Below are positions 30,300-56,553 of a stretch of 64,000 nucleotides of DNA, piece by piece. Position 1 is the first letter of the stretch. Every line of letters starts with the position of its first letter. A program made the position numbers and the translations under genes. The notes beneath the pieces are model-generated. The model saw only the letters and a list, made by a program, of their open reading frames with translations. It was not told where the DNA came from and did not search any database. This DNA comes from the human T2T-CHM13v2.0 reference genome, Homo sapiens, in assembly GCF_009914755.1 (NCBI RefSeq), contig NC_060943.1; one strand, given 5' to 3'.

Positions 30300-30960
30300 A
30301 TGTGTTCCAGCTACTGTGACCTTTGGAACCCATGACCCATCTTCAACAAAATCTCTTCTTGCCTCAGTTACTTCTCTGAACATTCCTACCACCTTCTTGC
30401 TCTAACTGGAACCCAGCTCTCCTGTGGGCCTTCCAAGTGGGGAGGTCTCCGTGCTCCTGGGAGCTACTTCCTGACCATTCTCCCTCCACCCTCCCCAAAA
30501 CCCCCAGCGATGAATCTCATCACTACCTTGCTTCATGCGTCATCTGCTGACCCAGATCATGACTCCTCTCTTCTCCCTAATTTTAGCTCTGGGCTCACGG
30601 CCGCTCCCGCTGCTCTTAGCATCATTCTCAGTGATTTCTATAACCAGATAGTTCTTCCGCAGCCCCAACCTCTCTGTTCCCTGACCTCTCTCTAGTGACT
30701 TTTTCCTTCCCCAACATCTCCCTCTCGTGGTCAAACCCAGACCTTGTTTGAATAACAGCAGCCTCTTCAGAACCTCAATCTCACACTCACTCTCCACCCA
30801 TCACTTTTTCTTTCCACCTCATTCCCTCCAGTGCCCCACTCGCATGATCCTTCCAACCCACTGTGATCTCCCATCCGTTGTCCCTTTCATTTTTTACTCC
30901 CCCTCACCCTCCCATGCCCTCATTTCTTCCTTAGCCAGCTTAAATTCCATGGTTAATCAT
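30300..30960 (+). mobile_element. Old L2 (LINE2) fragment
   Basis: Pyrimidine-rich L2-like sequence including CTTCTTGCTCTAACTGGAACC, resembling the endonuclease LALTETW region. Boundaries approximate. Confidence 0.55.
30527..30536 (-). CDS. FBXO17: FBXO17 alternative first-exon coding tip (ATG AAG CAA G), giving an MKQGLWLLE N-terminal extension
   Basis: ATGAAGCAAG|gtagtg spliced to the exon 2 acceptor (GA CTC TGG CTG CTG GAG ATG) is in frame. Agrees with my recollection of a 287-aa isoform. Confidence 0.7.
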
Positions 30961-30992
30961 TAAAAACATTCTTGACCTGGCACGCTGGCTCA

Positions 30993-31259
<267 letters not shown>

Positions 31260-31430
31260 CTAAATAAAATAAAAAGAATAGCAAAAAAAGTGGGGCTGTA
31301 GCTAGAAGGGGAGGTGAAGTCAAGAGAGGGTTTGGGCTGGGCACGGTAGCTCACACCTGTAATCCCAGCACTTTGGGAGGCCGAGGTGGGCAGATCACTT
31401 GAGGTCAGTAGTTTGAGACCAGCCTGGCTA

Positions 31431-31865
<435 letters not shown>

Positions 31866-31984
31866 TCACTTCTCATCTCTTGCATTTTCTCTGCAAAATA
31901 AGAAGCCAAGGGAGAGTGAAAGGGGGGGAGGAGGTGTTGGAAAGGATTAGAGGAGAAGGGAAAAGGTGTGAATTAGTTGTCTAG

Positions 31985-32770
<786 letters not shown>

Positions 32771-32837
32771 TGATCCGCCCACCTCAGCCTCCCAAGGTGT
32801 TGGGATTAACAGGCGTGAGCCACTGCGCCTGGCCTGA

Positions 32838-33047
<210 letters not shown>

Positions 33048-33150
33048 TAGTAGAGACGGGGTTTCACCATGTTAGCCAGGATGGTCTCGATCTCCTGACC
33101 TCATGATCCGCCCGCCTTGGCCTCCCAAAGTGCTGGGATCACAGGCGTGA

Positions 33151-33348
<198 letters not shown>

Positions 33349-33351
33349 TAA

Positions 33352-33738
<387 letters not shown>

Positions 33739-33969
33739 TAAATTATATGACCAATGGCAAGTCACTTAATCTCTTTATACCTCAGTTTCCCTTTCTGAAA
33801 ATGGGGCTGCTAACGGTGCCTCCATCATAGGGCTGTTGTGAGGATGAAATGAGTATTTTAAAGCACTTAGGAAAAGCCCCTGTAGGCTCCTAAATAAGAG
33901 TGATATTAATTTAATATTAGTCCAGTCATGGTGGCTCACACCTGTAATCCCAGCACTTTGGGAGGCTTA

Positions 33970-34251
<282 letters not shown>

Positions 34252-34441
34252 CTACTTGCCTGACACAGGCTTATTTCTTTTTTTTAAGTAAAACCTTAAT
34301 TTGTTTAAAAATGACAATAGCTGACATGAATTGAGCACTTATTGGGCACATGAAGATAACAAGCATTAGATCATTAAAGCCTCTTAACCAAGGGCATCCT
34401 CAAAGGAGAGTTTTGCCCATTAAACAAGATGATAGAATTCA

Positions 34442-34831
<390 letters not shown>

Positions 34832-36343
34832 TCACTTTTTAAAAATGATGTGTCATAATAATGGCAACTAACATAATTTAGTGTTTCACATTAATTTTTA
34901 AAATATTAATTTTAATTTTCACAGGTGTGAGCCACCATGCCCAGCCTCTGACATCATCTTTATTCCTACCGCAGAAAGAATGAAGCTGTGGAGACAGACT
35001 TTACAAAGACCAAGCTGTGCTTTTCTCCAGGTGGTTCTGAGTTGCATTAATAGTTCACTGAGGCCCGGCGCTTGAACCCGCGAGGTGGAGGTTGCAGCGA
35101 GCAGAGATCACATCACTCACTGCACTTCAGCCTGGGTGACAGAGCGACTCTGTCTCAAAAATAAATAAATAAATTCCCTAGGTTTATAAACAAGTCTACC
35201 AGTCTGCCTGGCATGGGTGTGATGTGCACCAGAGTTTAGTTTCCTGGAGTTCTTCTTAGGAGGAGTTCTTAGTTCCCACTCTTCTTCTTTTTTGTTTTTT
35301 TGAGACGGAGTCTCACTCTGTCGCCCAGGCTGGAGTGCAGTTGCATGATCTCGGCTCACTGCAACCTCCGCCTCCCGGGTTCAAGCGATTCTCTGCCTCA
35401 GCCTCCCGGGTAGCTGGGATTACAGGCACCTGCCACCACGCCTGGCTAACTTTTGTATTTTTAGTAGAGACAGGGTTTCACCATGTTGGCCAGGCTGGTC
35501 TTGAATGCCTGACCTTGTGATCCGCCCGCCTAGGCCTCCCAAAGTGCTGGGATTACAGACTTGAGCCACTGTGCCCGGCAGTTCCTGTTCTTCTTAGGAG
35601 TGTGTTCCCACTGGCAAAAGGAGGATCTCTGGGGCTAGGGGTAGGCCCCTCGCCCAACAAGGGCAGCCAGACTTCACCAAGGAGCAGAGATGTTCAAGAA
35701 ATGTACTGAATGAGCCCTCAGCTATCCACACAAACCATATTAAATGCTTGTATGGGGCCCCAGTGTGGTGGCTTACGCCTGTAATTCCAGCACTTTGGGA
35801 GGTGGAGGCGGGAGGATTGCTTGAGCCCAGGAGTCCAAGACCAGCCTAGGCAACATGACGAAACCCTCTCTCTACAAAAGAAATACAAAAAAATTAGTCA
35901 GGCATAGTGTCATGCACCTGTAGTCCCAGCTACTTGGGAGCTGAGGGGAGAAGGATCACCTGAGCCAGGGAGGTTGAGGCTGTGGTGAATCGTGAAGGGG
36001 CCACTGTATTCCAGCCCAGGCAATAGAGTGAGATCCTGCCTCAAAAAAAAAAAAAAAAAAGTTTGTGGCCAGTCACAGTGGCTCATGCCTGTAATCTCAG
36101 CACTTTGGGAGACCAAGGTGGGTGGATCACCTGAGGTTAGGGGTTTGAGAGCAGCCTAGCCAACATGGTGAAACCCGTCTCTACTAAAAATACAAAATTA
36201 GCCAGGTGTGGTGGCATGCTCCTGTAGTCCCAGCTACTTGGGAGACTAGTGGGAGAATCCCTTGAACCCAGGAGGTGGAGATTGTGGTAAGCTGAGATTG
36301 TGCCACTGCACTCTAGCCTGGGCAACAAGAGTGAAACTGTCTC

Positions 36344-36374
<31 letters not shown>

Positions 36375-36977
36375 AAAGAGGAAAGAAACACGAAAAGTGG
36401 CTCAACAGTCAAAGACAGGCTTATTTTGGAGAATAAGCCTGAGAGGGGCTTCTGGCCAATTTTGGGAAAGGTTGAAAAGTACCCACTGCAAGATTGAATG
36501 CCAACTACTAGCTGGGTCACAATAGGACAAGTAGGGCCTAGTATTGCCTGCTTCCAGGGTTTTTGGGAGAGTGTGTGTTTGGAGGAAGGTTACTGGCTGT
36601 CAGAGTGACCGGGGAATGCTATTGGTACTCAGCTACCCAAAGGGACCCAGGATGCTACTACAGCAGACTGTATTTTTCAAAAGTGGCTATGAGAACATTT
36701 CCTATCTGACACGCTTTTTCAGTTCACCACTGCTCGTGAAGCTGTGGGGTCCACATTCCTCCCCTGGGCACGTGCAGGCTTTTGCAACTGCCTCAACTTT
36801 CAGAGCACTGCAGAAGAGACATTGCTAAGGGATTTCATTCTCTCTCTCTTTCTCTCTCTTTTTAAGAGACAAAGTCTCACTCTGTCGCCTGGTTGGAGTG
36901 TAGTGGCGTGATTATGGCTCACTGAAGCCTCGAACTCCTGGGCTCAAGCGATCCTCCCAACTCAGCCTCCTGAGTAG

Positions 36978-37466
<489 letters not shown>

Positions 37467-38372
37467 TGATCAGCCCACCTTGGCCTCCCAAAGTGCTGGG
37501 ATTCATTAGGCTGTGCAATTTGTGCACTTTCTATAAAAGGTTTGCTAAAAATGAGCTGGGTACCATGGCTTATGCATGTCATCCCAGCACTTTGGGAGGC
37601 TGAGGTGGGAGGATCGCTTGAACCCGGGGGTTCGAGACCAGCCTGGGCAACATAGTGAAACCCGATCTCTAAAAAAGTAAACATTAAAAAATTAGCTGGA
37701 CCTGGTGGTGTACACTTGTAGTACCACATACTCGGGAGGCTGAGGTGAGAGGATTGCTTGTGGCCAGGAGTTCAAGGGTACAGTGAGCTATGATTGCACT
37801 ACTGCATTCCAGCCTGGGTGACAGAGTGAGACTCTGTCTCCAAAAACAAACAAATAAAAAACACCACCACCACTACCAAAACAGAACACATACCCAAAAC
37901 CCTCAACGTTTGCTAAAAATGATGAAAACAAGAAAAACAGATATGGCAGTCCATGGAAAGGAACAAAAAGATGTCCAAAAACTTTCCTCAAAGCCATCAA
38001 ACAAAAGATGTTACTATTTTAAAATAGAAGAATCTGTGAAAATGATTAAGAGTTAGCTTATAAGTATCTCCTCAGCAGATTCTCAAATTGTATAGTTTTT
38101 TTGAGGCCAGAGACCTTTTTATACTGACTGGAAAATTCTGCACAAAAAATACCTCTGTGAATCATGATACCAGTTTGTTTTTGGTCTGTCCAGAGTATAA
38201 TTTTGCCAGAGTATATTTATAATAAGCCATTATTCCTTTTTTTTTTTATGGCTCTGGGGACTGGGATCAGCTATGCGGTCCTCACTTAGGGAACTTGTGC
38301 CTTTGCCGTCAGATGGTGGATGGGGCTGGGTCATCTGAGGCTTCTTCCATCCTAGTCTAGCAGCTGAAGTGA

Positions 38373-38929
<557 letters not shown>

Positions 38930-39978
38930 TAGTAGAGACGGGGTTTCACTGTGTTGGCCAGTCTGGTCTCGAACTCCTGACCTCAAGTGATCCTCCCGCC
39001 TTGGCCTCCTAAAGTGTTGGGATTACAGGCGTGAGCCACTGCGCATGGCCCAGATAATATACTTTCATCTTCAAGGTTCATTGTATTGAACGGGTTTTAC
39101 TAACACAGCAGCAGCCTCAATTAACTGTGTTCATTTTATAAAGTATTATTTTTACTTTATTAGTTAAGTTTTATTAATTGTATCTGTTTAAAATGTAGCA
39201 ATTTTATTTCAATTGATTTTAAATCTTTTTTTTTTTTTTTGAGATGGCGTCTTACTCTGTCACCCAGGCTGGAGTGCAGTAGCATGATCTCAGCTCACTG
39301 CAATCTCTTCCTCCCAAGTTCAAGCAATCCTTCCGCCTCAGCTTCCCAAGTAGCTGAGATTACAAGCGTGCGCCACCACACCCAGCTAATTTTTATATTT
39401 TCAGTAGTGATGGGATTTCACATGTTAGCTAGGCTGGTCTCAAACTCCTGACCTCAGGTGATCCACCCAACTCGGCCTCCCAAAGTGCTGCGATTACAGG
39501 TGTGAGCCACCGCTCCCAGCCGATATGGAACATTTCTATTGCCCCAAAAGGTTTATCCCTTCCCAGCCAACCTCCCTACTCCCACCCAAAGTCAACTACT
39601 ATTCGGTTTGTTTTGTTTTGTTTTGTTTTTGAGACGTAGTATTGCTCTGTCCTCCAGGCTGGAGTGCAGGGGCGCGATTTCGGCTCACTGCAACCTCCGC
39701 CTTCCGGGTTCAAGAGATTTTTTCTACTTCAGCCTCCGGAGTAGCTGGGATTACAGGTGCGCACCACCACACCCGGCTAATTTCTGTATTTTTAGTAGAG
39801 ACAGGGTTTCACCATGTTGGCCAGGCTGGTCTTGAACTCCTGAGCTCAAGTGATCCGCCTGCCTCGGCCTCCCAAAGTGCTGGGATTACAGGCGTGAGCC
39901 ACCGTGCCCGGCTTCTTTCTGTTACTATAAATTCAATTTTTCTTTTCTATAATTTCACGTAAATGGAATCATATAGAG

Positions 39979-41107
<1,129 letters not shown>

Positions 41108-41236
41108 ACACAGTATGTGTCTCCTTGTGAAGAAGTCATCTGGGCCAGGCACAGTGGCTCATGCCTGTAATATTCCTTGAGTTGTAGGCATGGCTTAGGG
41201 TTATTTGTCCTCTCCTTCAGCATAATGTCCGTGTGA

Positions 41237-41611
<375 letters not shown>

Positions 41612-41614
41612 TAA

Positions 41615-41971
<357 letters not shown>

Positions 41972-42287
41972 TGATCTGCCTGCCTCGGCTTCCCAAAGTG
42001 CTGGGATTGTAAGAGTGAGCCATCGTGTCCAGCCATTTTCATTGCTCTTGAGTAGATACTTAGGAGTAGAATTTTTGAGTCACATGGCAGGTGTATATTT
42101 AACGTTACAAGAAAATGCCCAGCAGTTTTCCAGCATGATTGTGCCATCTGCATTCCCAAAAATTCTATATGCATTGCAGTTGCCAGCACCTGGTATTGGT
42201 ATTGTCAATCTTATAAAAAGTTTACACAGAATGGTTTCCTTTTCATACCTTCAGGATACTTTCCTCTACCCGATTCTCCCTTATTAA

Positions 42288-42852
<565 letters not shown>

Positions 42853-43450
42853 CTAACATGAACAAGTGCTGTCCACAGAACACAGAGTTCACAGTCATCC
42901 ATCCAACTTGACCAAGAGGCCAGTGGGAAAGGACTGTATTTATAACAGCCCCAAATGTCATACCAGTGACTTAAAAACAAGCAAACAAAAAACCACAGTC
43001 ACCCAGCCTCTTGTTTGAAAAAGTGGCGGGATAGCAAGGACCATCAGATGTTTAAGAAAACTAGCAGCCTGAAAGAGAAACATTTAAGTAAACAAGCAGA
43101 AGGAAAGTGAACTGACCCCAGAGGAAACAGACAATTCACAGGACCAAAAGAACATGGAGGAAAAGAAAAAACCCTAACTGGTACACTCAGGACTGGCTTC
43201 ATGGGCATGCAACCTGTGCGTTCACATGTGGCCCACCCTCTTTTCAATGCTCCACTGTGGCCATCTCAACATTCTTTTTCTTTTCTTTTTTTTTTTGAGA
43301 TGGAGTCTCTCTCTGTCGCCCAGGCTGGAGTGCACGACACAATCTCAGCTCACTGCAACCTCCGCCTCCTGGGTTCAAGTGATTCTCGTGCCTCAGCCTC
43401 CTGAGTAACTGGGACTACAGGCGCCCACCACCACATCTGGCTAATTTTAG

Positions 43451-43675
<225 letters not shown>

Positions 43676-43875
43676 TGAACTCCTGACCTCAGGTGATCCA
43701 CCCACCTCAGCCTCCCAAAGTGCTGGGATTACAGGCATGAGCCACCATTCCCAGCTAATTTTTATATTTTTAGTAGAGACGGGGTTTCACCATGTTGGGC
43801 AGGCTGGTCTTGAACTCCTGACCCCAGGCAATCTGCCCACCTCAGCCTCTCAAAATGCTGGAATTACAGGCATGA

Positions 43876-44229
<354 letters not shown>

Positions 44230-44239
44230 TAAATTAAAA

Positions 44240-44243
<4 letters not shown>

Positions 44244-44285
<42 letters not shown>
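44244..44285. repeat. (TG)~21 microsatellite
   Basis: Perfect dinucleotide run. Confidence 0.95.
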
Positions 44286-44286
<1 letters not shown>

Positions 44287-44759
44287 AGATGGGGTCTCAC
44301 TATGTTGCCCAGGTTGGTCTCAAACTCCTGGCCTCAAATGATTCTCCCGTCTCAGCCTCCCAAAGTGCTAGGATTACAGGCCTCAGCCACCGAGCCTGGC
44401 CTCAACATTCTTAATTATTTCTGAACAAGGGACCTTGCATTTTCATTTTGCAATGGGCCATGCAAATTATGTAGCTAGTCCTGGGAACACTTAGATTTGC
44501 AAAGATGTTCTAAACAGAGTAAGAACAGGATACTATAAAAGGAAGAATGTCTACAAGAAGAAAAAGAAATCCAAAGAAATGGATTGGATGAGTTACTAAC
44601 AGAAAAACGCCTCTTTCAAAATGGAAAAATTAAAGCTATGAGAAATTCTAGGAAAAACATAAAACTGTATCTGTGTTACAGCTATTTGATAAAGTTCACA
44701 AAAAAGGAATCCTTTTGACCTGGAGGCTAGGGGCATTCTCTTTACATTGGCTTTACTTA

Positions 44760-47030
<2,271 letters not shown>

Positions 47031-47339
47031 AAACACAGCAAACTTTGCAATTAAAGCATGTAGGGCTTAAATATGGAAACAGAACAGACTGTAGATGTTT
47101 CCACCTTGACAATGTAAAAGCAAATGTACAGCTGGGTGCGATGGCTCACACCTGTAATCCCAGCACTTTGGGAGGCTAAGGTGGGATGATCGCTTGAGCC
47201 CACGAGTTCAAGACGAGCCTGGGCAACATAGTGAGACCCCCGTCTCTACAAAAAAATTAGCAGGGCATGGTGGCGTGTGTGTGTAGTCCCAGTTATTAGA
47301 GAGGCTGAGGTGGGAGAATCGCTTGAGCCCAGAAGTTGA

Positions 47340-47868
<529 letters not shown>

Positions 47869-48760
47869 TAAAAATGAAAATGTGCCTGCCCCATGACCCA
47901 GCAACTCCACCCCAGAGCCAGAAAACACATACAAGAATATTCATGGTGGTGGTGTTCCTAACAGCTTCAGATTGGAAAAGTCCCAGATGCCTGTCCACTG
48001 TAGCACATACAAATAAGTCATTAATAAGATAAGATGGACTACTATATAGCACAATAATACAAATATTGCAAATACAAATATTATAAATAATACAAATACA
48101 AAATAAGGAATAAGCCACAAGTACCCAGAACATGAATGATTATCAAAAGCAAAAAAAAAAAAAATTTTTTTTTTGAGACAGGGTCTCACTGTGTTGCCCA
48201 GGCTGGAGTGCATGGCCACGATCATAGCTCACTGCAGCCTCCAATTTCTGGACTAAATCGATCCTCCTGACTCAGCCTCTTCTGGACCTGGGACCACAGG
48301 CACACACCACCATGCCTGGCTAATTTTTGTGTTTTTAGTAGAGATGGGGTTTCACCATGTTGGCCAGGCTGGTCTAGAACTCCTGACCTCAAATGATCTG
48401 CCCACCTCAGCCTCCCAAAGTGCTGGGATTATAGGCGTGAGCCACCACGGCTGGCCCTTTCTCTCTTCGTGTGTGAGGATGTCCCCTCTGCAAGATGGGA
48501 AATATGCAGGTCCACATCTGTCATCCACAATCTACATGTTCAAAAGCTCAGAAAACCAACAGTTTTTCCCAGACCCATTTGGTGGCAGGAGCTGACTTGA
48601 GCTGTCATGAGGTTTTGTATAGTCTTTAGTTACTCCCCTGAGAATGAACGTGCATTTCACTGAAGGCCTATTAGTGTTTGATTACACAAATGCTCCTCAG
48701 CCCTACTAGGGGACTTATGTAACATACCAAATGGGCTCCGTATGACTTGCTTAATATTCA

Positions 48761-49127
<367 letters not shown>

Positions 49128-49569
49128 CTAATAACCCCTGCCCCTCACGGTTGTAGGGAAATTTCATGAGATCAGGGTCTGGCCCTCGACAAATGTTTGC
49201 TGCCACTGTGAGGAGTTACTATGATTAGCAGCAAACACCCAGCTATGGGATTGGAGGAGTCCACGTGGGCACCTCCATATGCTGCCATCAGAGACTAGAA
49301 GAATGTGGGATAAGGACAGACACGCTTAGGAAAAAACAAGGCGAAACACAGCAGGACAAAAACTGAACCTCTGGCACGATCATTCGTTGAATTTGCAAAA
49401 GGAAAAAGAAAATACCAAGTTCCAAATCTATCCCTAGAAAAATGGGTGGTGACTGGGTGCTGTGGCTCACGCTTGTAATCCCAGCACTTTGAGAGGCCAA
49501 GGCAGGAGGATGGCTTGAGCCCAAGAGTTTAAGACCAGCCTGGGTAACATAGTGAGACCCCTGTCTCTA

Positions 49570-49854
<285 letters not shown>

Positions 49855-50655
49855 CTACTGTTAACTGAGCACTTACTTTGCTCTAGGCATGTGGGAATTG
49901 CTTTACAAAATCTCACAGAAGCCTCAAACCACCCCATGAAGTAGGCACATGGGGAAACTGAGGCTTGGAGGATGACAGCAACGTGCCCAAGGTCACCCAA
50001 CAAAGAAGCAACAGAGCCATGTCAAAAGACAAAATTACAACAAATTTAGTTATAGATCTAATGGGCTTTTATTCAAGATTCTTGAATGGGGCAGCCTCCA
50101 TTTTACAAAACAGACTGAGACCCCCACTGGGTAGTAAGAGAATGGTGGGTTTTATAAGCTGGGACCAAGGGAAAAGAATGATAGAAAAAAACAAACAAAA
50201 AAACTAGGCCGGGAGCAGTGGCTCACTCACACCTGTTATCCCCAGCACTCTGGGAGGCCAAGGCAGGTGGATCACCTGAGGTCAGGAGTTCGAGACCAGC
50301 CTGGCCAACATGATGAAACCCCATCTCTACTAAAAATATAAAAATTAGCTGGGTGTGGTGGCACGCACCTGTAATCCCAGCTACTCAGGAAGCTGAGGCA
50401 GGAGAATTGCTTGAACCCAGGAGGTCAAGGTTGCAGTGAGCTGTATTGTGCCACTGCACTGCAGCCTGGGCGACAGAGTGAGACCCCATCTCAAAGAAAA
50501 AAAAAAAAACCTGCTGGGATTTGAATCTTGGTATATTGGACTCCATAGTTTGTGCTACTGTATACATGTCTTCTGTCTCTTTCTTTGTTTCAAAATAATC
50601 TTACTTTATTTTCTCCCAATTTTTACTATGAAATTTCATTCTATAGACAAGTTGA

Positions 50656-51009
<354 letters not shown>

Positions 51010-51102
51010 TAATGAATCTCCTAAGATTAAGGGCAACCTGGCCAGGCGTGGTGGCTCACGCTTGTAATTCCAGCACTTTGGGAGGCCAACGCGGGTGGAT
51101 CA

Positions 51103-51338
<236 letters not shown>

Positions 51339-51932
51339 TCAATACCCACTCCGTGAACAATTTCCCCTGCTGTCTCTAGCAGGTCTTCTGTGGCTGTTTC
51401 CTCCTAACAAGATCCCCGTGGGGGCTCAAACACCAGTGGGGGTGGCAGGTCTCACTCATCTCTTTTAATCTAAAACACTTCGTTTTCCATTCTTCTAAAA
51501 GAGATTACATTACTTTTATTATAGAAAAAATTAAGGCAAACTTTTCTATTTGATTTCTAAGCCATATGTAGAATTTGATTAGAATTGAAGAAATTAATAT
51601 TTACATAAATACAAAAATGTTATTTTAAAAATATATCTTTTTGTTTGGGTGCCGGTGGCTCACACCTGTAATCCCAGGACTTTTGATGGCCAAGACGAGC
51701 AGATGGCTTGAGCCCAGGAGTTCGAGACCAGCCTGGGTAACACGGCAAAACCCCGTATCCACAAAAAATAAAAAAATTAGTGGGGTTTGGTGGGGGGGCG
51801 TGCACCTGTAGCCCTAGTTACTCAGGAGGCTGAGGTGGGAGGATCTCTTGAGCCCAGGAGGTTGAGGCTGCAGTGAGCCATGATTACGACACTGTACTCC
51901 AGCCTGGGCAACACAGTTTTGATTTGATTTGA

Positions 51933-52331
<399 letters not shown>

Positions 52332-53099
52332 TAAAAATATATTTTTTAAAAAGAAGCTCCTTAGCCAAGCCTTACAAAAAGAGAGTCAACAGATACTAGG
52401 TATATTTAATGGAACAATAAATACAAGTTAAAAAAATTATTTTATGTTAGAAAAGTAGCCAATAGAGAAGCCGAAAGTAATGTCCTGACTATACAGGGAG
52501 GTGATTATATAGGGAGGAGGAAAACCACGGAGATGATCAAAGTTGTCTCCTATTTTTAGCAAGGGATCCATGGACGCGTTATCTAAAAGTTGATGAAATA
52601 AGAAATAACAATCCAAAAATATGCTGTAAAGATTTGGAAATAGATACCAGAGGAATAAAAAGTGGAAAAAGTTAAAAACGAGGCACCAGCGATCACGAGT
52701 TACTTCTTGCCATTTTTGAAAAGTAATGTAGTTAACAAAAAAATGTATTTGGCCGACAGGGGTTGGGGGCGGTGGTGAGGGAGAGGTTGTTGTTTAAAGG
52801 CGTGTTGTTTTCCATGCAAAGCTCTGTCCTGTCCTACGTGTCTGAGTGTCGTGTATTACTGGAACATTTTTAAAGAAGTATTATTTATTTTACAACTAGA
52901 CTCCCATAATATTTGTCTTTCAAAATATGGAGTAAATAGACGCTGTCTAAAGTTGAAGAGGCAGTATACAGAGCTTTCGAACATATCACTGAACATTGCA
53001 AAAGTAACTTGGCAGAACAAAATTTAAATTGAGGGTTGGGGCCGCAGCGAAACACATAATGTGCCCAAGTTGCTAAATCGAGAAACCGCCCTCCAAGGC

Positions 53100-54050
53100 T
53101 TCTGATTCACAGATTCTGCGAAGGGACTGACGGCCAGAAGACAGAAAATCCAGCAACGGTAAAAAGCGGCCTGGCCTTCCCCGGGCTGTTGCGCCCACGT
53201 GTTGGTTTGCAGCGTTTGGCAGGGGTTTTGGATGGTGGCCTCCGCGGACGAGCGCAGGGATGGAGAGGCCTGGGCGTTCGAACACCCACGTTCAAAGCAA
53301 AGCCCTTCCAGATTTAGGGCTATCTAACGTGCATTTGTATAACTTTGGGTTTAAAGGAGCCTCAGGCCGAGGGAGGGCCCGGGAAAGCGACGCTGCGGGT
53401 TATGGGACTCCCAGGGACCCGCCCCTCCGGGCAGGGCCTGGCGCGGGAATCCTTCCCGGGGCGCCCCAGCTGTGGGCGAGAACGGGACTGACGCTTGGGT
53501 CCCGACCTGGGTCCCCTACCTGTCCCGGCGCTCACCTGGCGGGCTGCTCGGAGGCGGCAGCGGCGGGCTAAGCTTCCCTTTCCCACTTTGTTCTGGGAGG
53601 CAGTCGAGGGGCTCCCCGTGATCGGCGTGGCCCAGGGGGCCCCGGGACCGGCGGTCTGGGCGGTCGGTCCTCTCCCGGGGCGTGGCGGCTGCAGCCCGGC
53701 GCCGGGGGCGGCGACTCTGAGATCCAGCGGGCGGGGGCGGGAGGCCGCCCCTCCTCCGGCTGCGGGGCCCAGCGGGAGCGAGGGCGGGCGGGCGGGCGGG
53801 CGGGGGAGCTTGGAGGGCTGCGTGCAGCGAGGGGGAGGCCCAGTTGCCGCGAGGCCAGCGGGGAGCGGGGCCAGCCCCGCGCCCCTAGGATCCGGGGCCC
53901 ACCCCTGGGAGAGCCACCTCCTCTGGGTGTGCGAGTTCCACATCCCCAAGACGCCCCCGCGGGGGGACTGGTCCTAGCTCCCCACCCCCACCCAAATTCC
54001 GTTTCCTTCTGGTCCTGGCCTCCTGCTTGCGGCCGTCTCCACCCCTCACA
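53100..54050 (-). promoter_or_regulatory. FBXO17: FBXO17 CpG-island promoter
   Basis: Very GC- and CpG-rich, with multiple GGGCGG boxes at about 53728-53805. Confidence 0.85.
53536..53700 (-). other. FBXO17: FBXO17 non-coding exon 1 (5' end approximate)
   Basis: Strong donor CCAG|GTGAGC at 53536/53535, with a second possible donor CAG|GTAGGG at 53520/53519. Implies a ~25-kb first intron to the 28290 acceptor. Confidence 0.7.
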
Positions 54051-54973
54051 TCCATGGGATCCTGCACAGGTCCACGGTTGGTAAACCGCTTAGCTGTGAG
54101 CCCGACCCAGGGCCTGATTCGAAACACTTGGATCAAAGTCCCTGGCCACAGGGATTTTCTTGTATTTACGTTGCTTCCCAGGGCCAGATTCTCAGAAGCC
54201 CGGGGCTGATCTTAAATTAAATCCCTTCACCACACGCACTCTCTGTGGCAATGACAAACCTGTACCCTTCCACCTTAGGACTCCCCTGTCCTCCCCATCC
54301 CCCCAGCTATAGACAACTGAATTAATCCGGAGGTTCAGTTTCGGTCAGGCTGGGGCCGCGACCCATTTTCTCCCTTTACCTCTGCCCTTGGGTCTTTGCA
54401 GTCCCTTCTGATGGCCCTAGATTGCACCAGGGACCTCAAGGTGACTGATCTCAGACACCCCAGAGCTAGTTTTCTGGAAGCCAGGCCTCCCCCACGCTGG
54501 TAAATCATTCTCCAGGCCCACTGGCTCATATCTGCCACTGTGCTAAATGCTTTGTATGCATGACCTCCTCATGGACGCCTCTCCCGAGAAACTGAAGTCC
54601 AGAGATACCTGGTCTGTTGCACGTAGTCCAAGTCGCTAGCTTGGAGGGGTCACACAGCCAGAGAGCCTGGATTCCCTAAAGCCCCTTCCCCTAGAAACCT
54701 CAGCCAGGCCCCACAGCGCCATCGTGAGGACGGCGTGAGACTGCGTGTGCAGCGCGGAGCACAGTGCTGGACTCAGAGCCAACGCTAATTTGACTACTAT
54801 TACATTATTTGTAACAACCGCCTTTGAAAGCATTTTCTGCTGTGGGTTGTAAAATTACTGTATTATTGGTAGAGTTTTTAGCACAGATCCACACGCAGTT
54901 CCTTATGTGAAAGGCGTAGGCCTAGGTTTGTTTTGCATTCCGGATTTTGGGGGGTTTATTTATTTTATTTTAG

Positions 54974-55262
<289 letters not shown>

Positions 55263-55593
55263 TAAGTAGCCATTTCTTCATGCTGCTCAATTCTCTGACA
55301 TCCAGGGGCTTGCATATGTAGGGACAAGAATACTAACTAATCTTTGTTCTTTGATAAAACATTAAACAGTTGTTCCTCTAAGTCTTCCTCGAAACCAGAT
55401 TTCCCTAATCATTTCAACATTCCTTCCAAAAGCCATCGCTTAAAGCCTTCCCAAATCTAATGTCAGATGTTTGCGATTGTTGTAAATACCTTAACAAATA
55501 GACAAAGCAATTGTGTGTTATTATAATGATTACAAAGCTAATGCATACTTGTGCTGACACGTGTCACCAGTGTGCTGATACCCATGGACTTGA

Positions 55594-55923
<330 letters not shown>

Positions 55924-56439
55924 TAAGCCACTGCATCTGGCCTTGTTTCTTTATTATTGGTATTCTAGTTTTTAGACTCCTTTCCTGCAGGGAGTGTGAT
56001 TTGACTCACCCAATATAAGGAGCCCTGGTAACCGCCTCAGACCTGCTGAGGTTTCGGCTTTAGGTCAGAGCCAGTTTCAGGAAGGCTGATGATTCAGGAC
56101 CGGTGGAGAGGCCTGGGGAACCTCTAGCAGGGCAGCCCACTGAATGCGGTTGTCACTCAGAGCCTGTCCATGTGCTTGGATCTGAACAGGAAGAGAGGTT
56201 TTATTTATGGTCTTGGTCGTGCTTTCCCTCGGAGTCACATTTGTTCCTGGTGTCTCCTCACATGGTGCAGGCTGATGTGCCTACTTTGCAGCTCTTTCTG
56301 CTGAGCAAGGCCTGTTTCTACCCAATTAAATCTAAAGCCTTCTATCACAATAAAACCTCAACTGTCATTCCCATCAACCAAGAAGAACTGAACTAGGAGG
56401 CCCTGACATTTGCCAATCTGATGTGTTATCAAATGTTTA

Positions 56440-56553
<114 letters not shown>

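Noticed and set aside
53260-53977. 103-195-aa ORFs in the FBXO17 CpG island
   Set aside because: Stop-poor GC-rich promoter DNA giving low-complexity translations.
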